Of a stretch of 64,000 bases of DNA, positions 30,838-41,309 are shown piece by piece (within the stretch, counting starts at the first letter, position 1; each line of letters starts with the position of its first letter). This DNA is from an uncultured Methylomirabilota bacterium. Its GTDB lineage: Bacteria > Methylomirabilota > Methylomirabilia > Methylomirabilales > 2-02-FULL-66-22. Under the pieces are notes generated by a model. It saw nothing but the letters and a program-made list of their open reading frames with translations. It was not told the origin of the DNA and made no database searches. The stretch covers positions 2,112,001 through 2,176,000 of the forward strand of contig CAWJSJ010000002.1 of NCBI GenBank assembly GCA_963845565.1. Direction: 5' to 3'. The position numbers were made by a program, and so were the translations under genes.

Positions 30838-32201
30838 GCGGGGATCGGCTCTCCGAGCAGGGGGCTGATTCGATCTGCCTGCTTTCGACGCAGCAACGGA
30901 ATGACGACCGTGAGTTTGCCGAAGATCTTCGGGCTCACGATTTCTTGCAGGTGCGTGGTGGCCACATCGGGGTCGACCTGCCAATAGGTCACCAGTTCCT
31001 CGGCAGTTCGTATACCGGTCCGGTCGGCGAACTCCTCGAAATCCTCGGCGAGCTGCACACGGAGCCGCGCCTCTTCCACCCACTGCTTGAGTTGCCGGTA
31101 ACTGAAACCGGTCCGCACGGCAAGATCGATGGGCCGAGCATGGCTGAGGTTTTCCAGGTTATCGAAGCCTTCCCGGTCCAGGCGCACTTCATGATCGCTG
31201 CTCATCCCGGCCAGCCGTGCGAGCGGCGTCCCCGCGTATGCTTGTGGCCCGAGACCGAGCAACTGGTTGCTGGTCTTTTCCAGGAGGAACAGCGCGCGAT
31301 TGGGAAAATACCCCAAGAAGAACGCCAGGAGCGGCAGGAGGCGGAGAAAGCGCTCGCTGTTCGCCGCCTGGGAGGCCGCACCGAAGACGTCCAGAGCCGG
31401 GAGCGCAAACGAGAGGACGAGTGCCAGCACACTGCTGACAACCATTCGGAGACTCCCGGCCACATAGGTATGCGGGGACAGATCGAGCGTGAAATAGGCC
31501 CGCAGGAGATACCCGATGAAGTAGACATAGGCCCCCAAAAAGCCGAACTGGAAGGCGGTGAGGCTGATGACAATCTGGTGGTAGTACCTCGGGCGATCGG
31601 TCGAATAGAGCTCGACAAAGGGGCCCAGCAGCAGCATGTTTCCGCCCCTTCCGTAATCCACTCCCAGACCTACCGGATCCGACGTTCGCGGCGCCGAGAG
31701 CGACACCGCCGGCTCGCCGCCGCCCTGGCTCCGCTCTGCCTGGGATGCGGCAGGAGGGGCCGCCGTTTGCTCACCCGCGGGTAAGGGGAAGTACGGCTTG
31801 AAGAGCAAGAGGATGGACACTCCCAACGTGATCACCGCCATCACGACCGTCAGGCTCCCCCAATAGTTCCCCAACCGAAACTGCAGCGGAACGAGGTGCT
31901 CGATGTCCCGCCGAAATAACTCCAGTTCTTTGGCACTGAGATCCCGTTCGATCCGCCGGATCTTTTCGGTTTTCATGTTGCGCACGTATTGGACGGTGAC
32001 CATGGGAACGATGAGGATGGCCAAGAGGGCCAGCGCGAGATTGTACTGGAGGAACAGTGGATCAAACCAGCGCAGGACTTCGGCGAGAGGCCCCATGCCG
32101 ACCCGGAAAACGACCGCCCCGAGCGCTACACAGGTTGCGACGCTCAAGAGAACAAGGCCAAAGCGCGCCATCAGCTTTGCGGTCCGCTCGATTGTAGACA
32201 T
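30834..32201 (-). CDS. multi-pass membrane protein with C-terminal helix-hairpin-helix-like domain
   Basis: about six hydrophobic segments, GFLGAY...DLSP, GYFP; C-terminal LAGMS..HEVRL..EG.DNLENL; start uncertain (32255 possible). Confidence 0.7.
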   Translation of the reverse strand: MSTIERTAKLMARFGLVLLSVATCVALGAVVFRVGMGPLAEVLRWFDPLFLQYNLALALLAILIVPMVTVQYVRNMKTEKIRRIERDLSAKELELFRRDIEHLVPLQFRLGNYWGSLTVVMAVITLGVSILLLFKPYFPLPAGEQTAAPPAASQAERSQGGGEPAVSLSAPRTSDPVGLGVDYGRGGNMLLLGPFVELYSTDRPRYYHQIVISLTAFQFGFLGAYVYFIGYLLRAYFTLDLSPHTYVAGSLRMVVSSVLALVLSFALPALDVFGAASQAANSERFLRLLPLLAFFLGYFPNRALFLLEKTSNQLLGLGPQAYAGTPLARLAGMSSDHEVRLDREGFDNLENLSHARPIDLAVRTGFSYRQLKQWVEEARLRVQLAEDFEEFADRTGIRTAEELVTYWQVDPDVATTHLQEIVSPKIFGKLTVVIPLLRRKQADRISPLLGEPIPA

Positions 32202-32746
32202 CTCACCGGTCCTCACCTTCTCTCGGGTTACAGCCAATCGGAGCCGATTGGCCATCCTTCCCGAACGAGTCCTCGGGGGTTGGCGGCCGGTCCAGGTACC
32301 TGTCGCGGCGCGCCTCGGCTGTGTGGACTACGCCTAGACGAATAAAAGCACGCCAGGCGGGGGGATGCGCTGAACGACGCCGAAGGAACACACGCCACGG
32401 GCCCAGGCAGGTTTTGACGATCGCGGCGCTGATGGGAAGGGGCGCATCATCGATTCGAGCGGAGGGCGCGCTCGGAGGACCATCGCGTTTCATCGAGAGC
32501 GGCGCACACCAGAGCCCGCTGCGTCTTCTCCCCTTGCGAGGACCCATCGATCGCTTCGTGATCCCGCGGGACGCGAACAGGTAGGCTCTTATCCCATGAT
32601 AGATTCTGAGCGTCAACTCCGTTATCGCTCACCCTCCCGGAGCGGCCGTCACCGGCGTCAGGCCGTATGCCGCCGGTGCGGCGACGGTTGCGCCAACCCG
32701 AAGAGCACATTCGTACTCAGTCCCACCGCACCAACGTGGTGGAGAG

Positions 32747-33634
32747 TTACGCCCGTGGGTGGAACTTGTCGTAGATCGTCTTCAGGTGGGCCCGGCTGAG
32801 ATGCGTGTAGATCTGCGTGGTGCCGATGTCCGCGTGGCCCAGCATGAGCTGGACCGAACGGAGGTCCGCCCCCCGTTCCAGCAGGTGGGTTGCAAAGGAA
32901 TGGCGCAGCGTGTGGGGTGTCACCGATGTGGTGATGCCGGCGGCGAGGGCGACCTTCTTGATGAGCTGCCAGAACATCTGGCGCGTGAGCCCGCGGCCGT
33001 GGCGGCCCAGGAAGAGGTAATCGGACGGGTGGCTCTTCGCCAGACGAGGGCGGCCGTCGCGGAGGTAGGCTTGCAGACTCTCGGCGGCGGCGTCGCCGAC
33101 CGGCACCAACCGCTCCTTGTCGCCTTTTCCCACCACCCGCACGATCCCCACGCCGAGATCCACATCTCCCAGGCGCAGGCCCACCAGTTCGGATACGCGC
33201 AGGCCGGAGGCGTACATCAACTCCAGCATGGCCCGATTGCGCAGCTCCCGCGGCGTGGTGACCTGGCGCGCCGCCAGGAGGCGGTCCACCTCCTCGCTGC
33301 TCAACACTCCGGGTAGTCGCCGCCAAGGGCGCGGGGCCTCCAGGTGCGCGGTCGGGTCCTCTGCGGCCTGTCCTTGCCGGACCAGAAAACGGTGAAACTG
33401 GCGGATGGCCGAGAGATGCCGCGCGACAGAGCGGGGGTTGAGCCCCGCCTCACGCAGGGTGAGCAGGTAACGGGGAACGTCTGTCCGATCCAGGGCGGTC
33501 GCCTCTCGCCCTCGACCCGCGAGGTGGGCCAGATAGCGGATGAGGTCGCGCTGGTACGCCTCCAGGCTGTTCTGCCGGAGGCCGCGTTCCACCACCAGCG
33601 ACTCGAGGAATCGGTCGAGGTCGGGATGGTTCAC
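32747..33634 (-). CDS. xerD: site-specific tyrosine recombinase XerD
   Basis: YASGLRVSEL, GKGDKERLVP, TPHTLRHSFATHLLERGADLRSVQ.MLGHADI.TTQIYTH. Confidence 0.96.
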   Translation of the reverse strand: MNHPDLDRFLESLVVERGLRQNSLEAYQRDLIRYLAHLAGRGREATALDRTDVPRYLLTLREAGLNPRSVARHLSAIRQFHRFLVRQGQAAEDPTAHLEAPRPWRRLPGVLSSEEVDRLLAARQVTTPRELRNRAMLELMYASGLRVSELVGLRLGDVDLGVGIVRVVGKGDKERLVPVGDAAAESLQAYLRDGRPRLAKSHPSDYLFLGRHGRGLTRQMFWQLIKKVALAAGITTSVTPHTLRHSFATHLLERGADLRSVQLMLGHADIGTTQIYTHLSRAHLKTIYDKFHPRA

Positions 33635-34848
33635 GTCCGCGCCTCCGTCGAGCGAAGGGCATCGGCGCGTGCGGCCGCCGGCGCGAGACGCCGGGCGGGC
33701 AGCAGCTCCGCGTACAGGCCGAGCAGCGTGGCGGCACTTGCCTCGGGCGTGAACTGCGCCGCGAGCCGTCGGCCTGCGTCCGCCATCGCGAGTCGCCGGT
33801 CTGGAGCCGCCCACAGCGTTGTGACGGCCTCGGCGAAGGCCTTCGGATCCTCGGGACACAGGACGCCCGCGGACTCGCCCTGCAAGAGGTCCGTCGCTGC
33901 CTCGGATGCCACGGCAACGACTGGAACCGCGGCCGCCAGTGCCTCCAGCGCTGCCAACCCCTGCGTCTCCGACTTCGACGGAAAGAGGAACAGATCGGCC
34001 GCCCGCGTGTACTCCACGACCCGCTCGCGTGGGACCGCCCCGACGAACCGGACGCTCGGCCGGACGCCGAGGTCGCGCGCCAGGCGTTCCAGAGCCAGGC
34101 GCTCGTCGCCGTCCCCCACCAGCACCAGCCGGGCGGCGGGAAGGGCGCGCACGATATGGTGGAAGCCATGCAGGAGAAACGCCAGGTTCTTCTCCTTGGC
34201 AAGCCGCCCCACCGAGAGGCACAGCGGGTTTCCGTCGTCCAGGCCGAGTAGGCGGCGACTCGTCCGGCGGTCCGTACCGTCCGTTGTCGGAAGGGTTACG
34301 CCCGTGGGGACGATCTCGATTGGCGTCCGTACCCCCAGCGTGCAGAGATCGCGAGCCACCGACGGGGTCGGGGCAATGACCAAGTCCGCCCGTTGGGCGA
34401 ACGCGAGGGCCCGACGGAGCGCCATGGTCGCGACGATGCGGGACGGCCCGGGAACGTAATGGGCGTATCGATCGTAACGGGTGTGGTACGTGAAGACCAG
34501 GGGTCGGTTCGCCCGGTGAGCCCAGCGTGCCGCGGCGGCGCCCAAGAGAAAGGGGTGTTGCGCGTGATAGACATCCAGGTCCAGCCTAGCAATCGTCTGC
34601 CGGATCCCCGGCCACCAGGGAATCGGGAGGACGTACGCGTGATGGGTCGGCGCCCGGAAACCCGGAACGCGCAGGACGGTGTCCAGATCGGATGGTGTGT
34701 TGTGGTACCGCGGGGCCACGATGGTGACCTGGTGGCCGGCACGGCGGAACGCCTGGGCGAAGGTGTCGATGGACGTTACCAGGCCGTTGGCCAGCGGTCG
34801 GTAGTTATTGGTGAAGAGGCCGATTCGCATGGACGAAGGTTCCGCCAT
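33631..34848 (-). CDS. glycosyltransferase family 4 (diacylglycerol glucosyltransferase-like)
   Basis: MRIGLFT..Y.P..NG, TYHT, VGRLAKEKN, SETQGL..LEA. Confidence 0.92.
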   Translation of the reverse strand: MAEPSSMRIGLFTNNYRPLANGLVTSIDTFAQAFRRAGHQVTIVAPRYHNTPSDLDTVLRVPGFRAPTHHAYVLPIPWWPGIRQTIARLDLDVYHAQHPFLLGAAAARWAHRANRPLVFTYHTRYDRYAHYVPGPSRIVATMALRRALAFAQRADLVIAPTPSVARDLCTLGVRTPIEIVPTGVTLPTTDGTDRRTSRRLLGLDDGNPLCLSVGRLAKEKNLAFLLHGFHHIVRALPAARLVLVGDGDERLALERLARDLGVRPSVRFVGAVPRERVVEYTRAADLFLFPSKSETQGLAALEALAAAVPVVAVASEAATDLLQGESAGVLCPEDPKAFAEAVTTLWAAPDRRLAMADAGRRLAAQFTPEASAATLLGLYAELLPARRLAPAAARADALRSTEART

Positions 34849-34925
34849 CAGCGTTCAGTTCTCAGCTGGTTCGTCGGAAGGACCGAAATCAGGGGGCGGC
34901 TTCTGGCGCCGGCCGCCGCGCCCGG

Positions 34926-36611
34926 TCATTTCCGCGTGACCGGGGTGTGGGCGATGGGAAGACCCAAGGCCAACTTTCCCTGCATGTAGAGCTGGGCGGT
35001 GGCCATCAGGAAGTAGGAGTGGAGGTTGATCGGAGAGAAGACCAACCGGAACCACTCGGCAAACGTGCGACTCCGGCGCCAACGGCGCGGGGTGGGCTGG
35101 TAGATGATCGGCTTCATGGTGTGCGGAATGACCACCATTCCCAGGAGTGTGGACCCGGTGAGGACGATCGTCTGAAAAACCAAGTTGAATGCCGCCATCG
35201 GGCTGACGCACAGGCTCTTTCCCGCCTGTTTCAGCGCAAGGACATCCGGCGAGAGAAACACCGGCACCGGCCACAGTTCCCGGACGCAGGGACTGATCCA
35301 GGAGATCAGGATGAGTTGTGCCGGCAAGAGGACGGTCAGCGGCGGCATGGCGTTCGCGAGCAGGGCACGGAGCGCCTGGAAGGTCTTGCTCCGGAAGAAC
35401 GTCACAGACGCACGAGGACACATCCGGCGGTAGCGGACCACGAACTTCACGTCTACCGCCCCCCGCGCCCAGCGAGCGATTTGCCCCCAGGATTCGCGGG
35501 TCGTGAGCGGCGCCTGGCCCCAGGTGGGGATCTTCAGGGGGGCGACCCGGTAGCCCTCCATGACCACCTTGTAGCGGAACTGCATGTCCTCGTTGTGGCG
35601 ATTGGGCTCGAAGTACTCCACCGCGCGGAACGCCTGGAGATCCATGCTGGTGCCCGGCCCCAGCACCAGGTAGTCGCCCTGCGTCTGCATCTTGCCCATT
35701 TGGTACAGGACGAACCCGGTGTTGTGCAGGCGGGGGAGCATCGGGACCTTCCAGTAGTTGGCCGTGTACGTGGTCAGCGATTGCAGGACGACGCCGCGAA
35801 GCCCCCGCGCGACGGCCGTGGCCTCTTCGTCGCGGTGTGTCGTCTCCCGGAAACCGAGGTCCTGCTCGTGGAGGATGGTGTCGGCGTCGATGATAAGGAC
35901 CTTGACACCGCCCGGGCCCGCCGGGAATTCTCCCCGGTCCACGCGTTCGGCCAGGTGCCGGCCCGCCGTGGTCACCGAGGTGGCCTTGCACTTCACGGGC
36001 AGGCCGTCGGCCGGGTACACGAACGGCTCCACCCGGATGCGGTGCCGGAAGGACGACACCACCTCGGAGAGCTTTTCCAGGGTCACCTGGTCGTCCGCCT
36101 CCACGATAGGCATCAGGGTCACCAACGACGCGGGATAATTGAGTCGCTCCACCGACCGGAAGGTTTGGAAGAGGACGTGGCGGTTCCCCTCGTTCTTGAG
36201 CGGCATGAAGATGACATAGTGACTCAGCGGCGCGGCGACGGATCGCAGTCGGCCGAGCCAGTCTGTCTCCAGGTTCTGCAGGATGGTCTGGCGCGTCTTC
36301 TGGGCGCGCACCATGTTGACGATCAGGAAACCGATCCAGAAGGCGATGAATGCGAACCGGAAAAGCTCCGCCGGGAAGGGATCGCGGAGCAGGTATCGCA
36401 GCAGGGGGTAGACGGACACCAGCAGCAAGGTGGTGAGCAGTGGCGCCACCTCGAGCAGGCGATCCACGGCCCGATGGAGCCCAGTTTCCTGCGGGTGACT
36501 CGTCCGACGCCGGGCGAAAAAAAAGGCTCGCCCGCGGTGCTCCGGCTGCGTCGGGCGAGCCATGGTGGAGGAATCCGGGGCCTCGCCGGCCCCGGGAAGA
36601 TTCGCTCCCAT
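34926..36611 (-). CDS. membrane glycosyltransferase family 2 (processive type)
   Basis: PLKNE, IIDAD, NED, QIARW (QxxRW) and flanking TM segments. Confidence 0.85.
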   Translation of the reverse strand: MGANLPGAGEAPDSSTMARPTQPEHRGRAFFFARRRTSHPQETGLHRAVDRLLEVAPLLTTLLLVSVYPLLRYLLRDPFPAELFRFAFIAFWIGFLIVNMVRAQKTRQTILQNLETDWLGRLRSVAAPLSHYVIFMPLKNEGNRHVLFQTFRSVERLNYPASLVTLMPIVEADDQVTLEKLSEVVSSFRHRIRVEPFVYPADGLPVKCKATSVTTAGRHLAERVDRGEFPAGPGGVKVLIIDADTILHEQDLGFRETTHRDEEATAVARGLRGVVLQSLTTYTANYWKVPMLPRLHNTGFVLYQMGKMQTQGDYLVLGPGTSMDLQAFRAVEYFEPNRHNEDMQFRYKVVMEGYRVAPLKIPTWGQAPLTTRESWGQIARWARGAVDVKFVVRYRRMCPRASVTFFRSKTFQALRALLANAMPPLTVLLPAQLILISWISPCVRELWPVPVFLSPDVLALKQAGKSLCVSPMAAFNLVFQTIVLTGSTLLGMVVIPHTMKPIIYQPTPRRWRRSRTFAEWFRLVFSPINLHSYFLMATAQLYMQGKLALGLPIAHTPVTRK

Positions 36612-36638
36612 GGCATACTCCGATGATTTCGACGGGGT

Positions 36639-37085
36639 TCAGCCCGTCGGCGAATCGATAAGAATCGTGACCGGACCGTCGTTGACCGATTCCACCTGCA
36701 TGGTTTCTTGAAAACGGCCGGATTGAATTATAAGCCCCGAGGGTCGAAGTCTGTCAATGAATTTCTCGAACAGGGCCCGCGCCGTCTCCGCCGGGGCGGC
36801 CCGGTCGAAACTCGGTCGCCGTCCTTTGCGCGCGTCGCCGTACAATGTGAACTGGGACACGACCAGGAGGTCTCCGCCCACGTCCAGCGCCGAGCGGTTC
36901 ATCTTGCCCTGCTCGTCCTCGAAGACGCGCAAGGAGACGATCTTCTCCGCCATCCAGGCAAGGTCCTGCTCCCCATCCCCTCCGCGAAAGGCCGCGTATA
37001 GGAGAAGCCCCGGACCGATGGCGCCGACCGGCGCCCCACCGACCCGGACCTCCGCTCGTATCACGCGTTGGACGACAACTCGCAT
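36639..37085 (-). CDS. dtd: D-aminoacyl-tRNA deacylase
   Basis: MRVVVQRV, VSQFTL, GRRPSF, NDGPVT. Confidence 0.97.
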   Translation of the reverse strand: MRVVVQRVIRAEVRVGGAPVGAIGPGLLLYAAFRGGDGEQDLAWMAEKIVSLRVFEDEQGKMNRSALDVGGDLLVVSQFTLYGDARKGRRPSFDRAAPAETARALFEKFIDRLRPSGLIIQSGRFQETMQVESVNDGPVTILIDSPTG

Positions 37086-37351
37086 CCCGGACGCCCCCGT
37101 GCCATGATGTCACCCGAGTGTGCGGAACTATACCAGAAAAGCGGCGCCGACTCCATTCGCGGATGCGGTCCGGCCAGGTACCGACGGGGGGGCTGGTTAC
37201 CTCATCGTGCACTGCACCATTTCTTGTTTGACTGGATCAGGCGTCGAGTGGTAGGAGGTGAACTGCCCCGCATCGCTCTGCGGGGGGGCGGAGTGAAGAA
37301 TGCTTTCTTCGTGTCCTCCGCCGGAATGAGATGAGAAAGGGAGGGGTCGGC

Positions 37352-38485
37352 ATGCTTTCGCCAAGCGCAGCGCGCCACGCGTGTGCCCCCTGGGTTCTTT
37401 CCGCGGCCGTGTGGTTCGGTGTGGTCGGATGCGGGGCCCAGATGGGCGCCGGCGGCAGGATGGTCCTCACGCTTCCCACCGAGATCCCTGCCGCGCCCGC
37501 GGCCGCGAAGGGATACGTCGGCGCACAGGCGTGCGCCATGTGCCACGAGCAGATCTACAATTACTACCGGGACCACGGGCATCCGAAGAAGCTGCGACCT
37601 GCGGCCGAGGTCCGAGCCTGGGGGATCCCACTTCCGGACGGCTATACCTGGAATGACATCCCCTACGTGATCGGTGGGGCCACCCGCAAGGCCCGTTACA
37701 TTGACCAGCAGGGTTACATCATCACGAAAACCGGCCCGGGCAAAGATAAGCCCGGCAAGAATCAGTACAACACCGCGACCGGCCGGTGGGTGGATTACGA
37801 GGCCGGGAAAGTCACGAAGTATGACTGCGGACCGTGCCACATGACGGCGTACAGCAAGGATGGCAATCAGGATGGCCGTCCGGGAATGGTGGGGACTTGG
37901 GTCTTCCCCGGGATCACCTGCGAGGAGTGCCACGGGCCGGGCAAGCCGCACGTGGCCGCCCCCAATAAGACCAACGTCAAGGTGGATCGGTCCGATGCGG
38001 CCTGCGGGAAGTGCCACATCCGTGGCGCCAAGGAGCGCATCCCGGCCGGCGGTGGATTCATCTCCCACCACGAGCAATACAACGAACTCCTCGCCAGCCC
38101 ACACGCCGGGAAGGTCACCTGCGTGACGTGCCATGACCCCCACAAGCGCGCGGCCATCTCGCGGAAGCTTGGCTGCGAGAATTGCCACGTCAAAGAGGCG
38201 ACCGATTTCAAGGGCAGCCGGCACGAGAAATCCCTCGTCCAGTGCACCGAGTGCCACATGCCGGCCGCCGGGAGGAGCGCGGAGAGCTTCGGGAAATACG
38301 TTGGGGACATCAAGACGCACATCTTCAAGATCAGTCTCGGCCCGACCGACGAGATGTTCTCGCCGGACGGGAAGTTCGCCACCGGGAAGCTTACGGCGGA
38401 CTTCGCCTGCTTGAGTTGCCATGCCGGCCGCGACAAGGCCTGGGCGGCGGCACAAGCCAAGGGGATTCACACGCGGGGGAAGTAG
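37352..38485 (+). CDS. exported octaheme c-type cytochrome
   Basis: eight CxxCH motifs: CAMCH, CGPCH, CEECH, CGKCH, CVTCH, CENCH, CTECH, CLSCH. Confidence 0.92.
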   Translation: MLSPSAARHACAPWVLSAAVWFGVVGCGAQMGAGGRMVLTLPTEIPAAPAAAKGYVGAQACAMCHEQIYNYYRDHGHPKKLRPAAEVRAWGIPLPDGYTWNDIPYVIGGATRKARYIDQQGYIITKTGPGKDKPGKNQYNTATGRWVDYEAGKVTKYDCGPCHMTAYSKDGNQDGRPGMVGTWVFPGITCEECHGPGKPHVAAPNKTNVKVDRSDAACGKCHIRGAKERIPAGGGFISHHEQYNELLASPHAGKVTCVTCHDPHKRAAISRKLGCENCHVKEATDFKGSRHEKSLVQCTECHMPAAGRSAESFGKYVGDIKTHIFKISLGPTDEMFSPDGKFATGKLTADFACLSCHAGRDKAWAAAQAKGIHTRGK

Positions 38486-38513
38486 CCGCCGACTGCCGGT
38501 CATCGCGTGGTCT

Positions 38514-38556
38514 CACCAGTGCCCCCGGGGGTTTCTTACGGGGGCACTGGTGTTTT
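38514..38556 (+). terminator. intrinsic terminator
   Basis: 14-bp perfect stem CACCAGTGCCCCCG / CGGGGGCACTGGTG followed by TTTT. Confidence 0.85.
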
Positions 38557-38673
38557 GGGCGGGTGTCGCGAGAGCGTCGCCGAACCCGAGGGCGGCGAGG
38601 GGTGCGCACACGCCACCGAGGGCCAGAGACTTGCTGTGTGGTGGGGGCGGGGAGTCGGTCCGGGCGATCTGTC

Positions 38674-40653
38674 TCAGGACTGAGGGGCGACGATGCGTAG
38701 CTCTTGGCCTGGTTTCAAGGAGGCGGTTCGCGACAGGCCGTTCCAGCGCCGGAGGTCTGCCATCGTGACGCCGTGGGTGCGGGCGATGGCAGCCAGCGTG
38801 TCCCCGTGCTTGACGGTGTACCGCCGGGCGGGGGTCGGGACTGGGGACGGTTTGTCCGACGCGCTGGACGTCTGTTTCTGGAGGCCGGCGGTGGACATCT
38901 TTGCGCTCGGGGCGGTCACCTTCAGGGTCTGGCCTGGTTTCAAGGAGGCGGTTCGCGACAGGCCGTTCCAGCGCCGGAGGTCGTCGCTCGACACACTGTA
39001 CGCCTGCGCGACCTGGGCTACCGTCTCCCCTTTCTTGACGGTATGCCGCGACGCTGTCTTCGTGCGCGACGCCTCCTGCTTGGCGCGGCCCGCATCGGTC
39101 GCGGCGGTTCCCGTAGTCGGCAGCGTGGCCGAGGTGGGAACCAGAAGGGAGCTGCCAGGCTTCAGGGACGGGCGCTTGCCGAGTCCGTTCATGTCCAGGA
39201 CCGCCTGCAGGCTGGCGCCGTACCGCTTGGCAATCACGGGAGCGGTTTCGCCCTTCCGGACGCGATGGGTGATCCAGCCAACCCGCTGCGAGACGGGAAT
39301 CTCGGCGAGCTCCTCCAGGAAGTCGGCCTTGACGCCCGCCGGGATCCGGAGGGTGTACCGCGCGACGCCTGGGGGTGTGGACCAGCGGATCAACTCCGGG
39401 TTCAACTCGCGCAGGCGTTCTGCAGAGGTGCGCGCCGCCTGCGCGAGGCTGCGGAAATCCGCGGGTTGATCCAGCGTGACGAGATCCGTCTCGAAGGGGT
39501 CGTCGGGTGGTGGCGAGAACCCGTACCGCTCCGGGTCCTTCGAGATGATGGTCATCGCCATGAAGGCCGGGACGAACAGTTGTGTTTCCTTGGGAAGCCG
39601 CAACGCCCAGAAGTTCCGGGTGCGCTGCCGGTCGATGGCCCGCTGCACCGCCCCCTCGCCGGCGTTGTAGGCGGCCAGGGCGAGCTCCCAGGAATCGAAC
39701 ATCCGGTAGAGGTTCTTGAGGTACTCGGCGGCGCCGCGCGTGGCCTTCTCGGGATCCCGGCGCTCGTCCACCCACCAGGACACCTGCATCCCGTAGAGGC
39801 GGCCGGTCCCCGCCATGAACTGCCAGATGCCCGCCGCCTTGGCCTTGGAGGTCGCCCAGGGGTTCACGGCGCTCTCGATGAACGCCAGGTTGATGAGTTC
39901 TTCCGGCAAACCTTTTTCTTGAAAGACCTTCCGCATCATGGGTAGATAGCGGCTGGCGCGCTCGAAGGCGCGGGCGACCACGGCCCATTTGCGGGTCTGG
40001 AAGTACCCGACAAACGTCTTAACCTGGTCGTTGTACACGATCGGGAACTGGAATTCCCCGAGTTTGGGGTCGGGCACCGCGCCGGTGTCAACCGGTAGAT
40101 CCTTTCCGACCGCCTGCAAATCGTTGGGTTCCAGGAGCGCCGCCGCGTCTTGTGTCGGCTGGTCCGGATCCTGGGGCAGGCTTTCGGTCACGGGCTGAGG
40201 GGCGCGCGTCGCAGGGGCGAGCCAGCCGTGGAGCGACACCGTAGACGAGCGATCGGTTCCCAGGAGGCGAGGGGGCAGGGCCGGCGACAGTCCCGTGTCC
40301 AGCAGGGACTCCAGGGCCGCATCGAACTCCCACTCGGCCTGGTCCGTCTTCCCATTCCGCATGGCCAGCAGCCCTCGCTCATAATGCGAGTCGGCACGAG
40401 CCATGGCAAGCGCCAAAGGCGACGGTGGGGTGGGGGGCGGGGCCGATGCGCTCTTCCACGGCACGCCCAGCGCCGCGGTCTGTCCGCTGTCCGTCACGGC
40501 GACAGGGTCTCCGGGAAGGCTCTTCGCAGTCGATTGGTCGGTTGGCTGGAATCCAGAGGCGGGAACGCGGCCAGCGGTGCAGCCGGCGCCGCATGCGGCG
40601 ACGATCGCCAGCACGATACTCACCCGGAGTCCAGGGAACTGCCGGAAGGCCAT
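38674..40653 (-). CDS. mltD: MltD-like lytic transglycosylase with three LysM domains (lipoprotein)
   Basis: LAFIES, AAGIWQF, DERRDP, LAAYNAGEG, LPKET; LysM x3; start approximate. Confidence 0.9.
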   Translation of the reverse strand: MAFRQFPGLRVSIVLAIVAACGAGCTAGRVPASGFQPTDQSTAKSLPGDPVAVTDSGQTAALGVPWKSASAPPPTPPSPLALAMARADSHYERGLLAMRNGKTDQAEWEFDAALESLLDTGLSPALPPRLLGTDRSSTVSLHGWLAPATRAPQPVTESLPQDPDQPTQDAAALLEPNDLQAVGKDLPVDTGAVPDPKLGEFQFPIVYNDQVKTFVGYFQTRKWAVVARAFERASRYLPMMRKVFQEKGLPEELINLAFIESAVNPWATSKAKAAGIWQFMAGTGRLYGMQVSWWVDERRDPEKATRGAAEYLKNLYRMFDSWELALAAYNAGEGAVQRAIDRQRTRNFWALRLPKETQLFVPAFMAMTIISKDPERYGFSPPPDDPFETDLVTLDQPADFRSLAQAARTSAERLRELNPELIRWSTPPGVARYTLRIPAGVKADFLEELAEIPVSQRVGWITHRVRKGETAPVIAKRYGASLQAVLDMNGLGKRPSLKPGSSLLVPTSATLPTTGTAATDAGRAKQEASRTKTASRHTVKKGETVAQVAQAYSVSSDDLRRWNGLSRTASLKPGQTLKVTAPSAKMSTAGLQKQTSSASDKPSPVPTPARRYTVKHGDTLAAIARTHGVTMADLRRWNGLSRTASLKPGQELRIVAPQS

Positions 40654-40945
40654 GAGGAACCCCCACCAGGCCTCGCTGGCATGAAATGTCCAGCGAGGAC
40701 GGCGATCCTTTTCGGTCATCCTCGACAACCCCTGAGCGAGCGGGCCGACGAACGCCAACTTTTTAACGGGTACCTCGCCCTTTGTCAAGCTCTTCTAGGT
40801 TTCCGACCACCCCGGGGCGCGGAAACGTTTGGTGCGAGGTGGTTAGCAATTCGGCGGGCTTCCAAGACCTCGCCGGGCGGCAGGCCGTGCGGCCGGTCAC
40901 CATGCGACGGCGGCGCCTCGCACGATGGTGTGGAGTTGGATGCCG

Positions 40946-41281
40946 TCACGCGGTGGTGTCCAGCATCCACGCGAGATATGGGGGGGAGCCTGCAGCAACC
41001 GGTACGGCGACAATCGCCGGGACGGCATACGAATGGAGGTCTCGCACCCGACCTGTCAGCGCCGCGAAGCGCGATCGGCGCGTCTTGATCAGGAGGAGGA
41101 CCTCCCGATCCCGACACACCTTGCCTTGCCACCGATAGATCGAGGTGACTCCCGGGATAACGTTGGTGCAGGCGGCCAGATGTTCTTCGACGAGGATCCG
41201 GCCGATGGTTTCACCGGCCTGGCGATTCGGACAGGTCACCAGGACGACGACGAACTGGGAGGATTTTGGCGTATTCGGCAT
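40946..41281 (-). CDS. cutA: divalent-cation tolerance protein CutA
   Basis: LAAC.N, SIYRWQG, E.LLLIKT, HSYAVP. Confidence 0.95.
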   Translation of the reverse strand: MPNTPKSSQFVVVLVTCPNRQAGETIGRILVEEHLAACTNVIPGVTSIYRWQGKVCRDREVLLLIKTRRSRFAALTGRVRDLHSYAVPAIVAVPVAAGSPPYLAWMLDTTA

Positions 41282-41309
41282 CGTGGTCGTCCCCCCAGAG
41301 ATTGTCGGG

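Noticed and set aside
32747..33634. Phage or island integrase
   Set aside because: Sequence is typical chromosomal XerD in a housekeeping operon; no att sites or phage genes seen.
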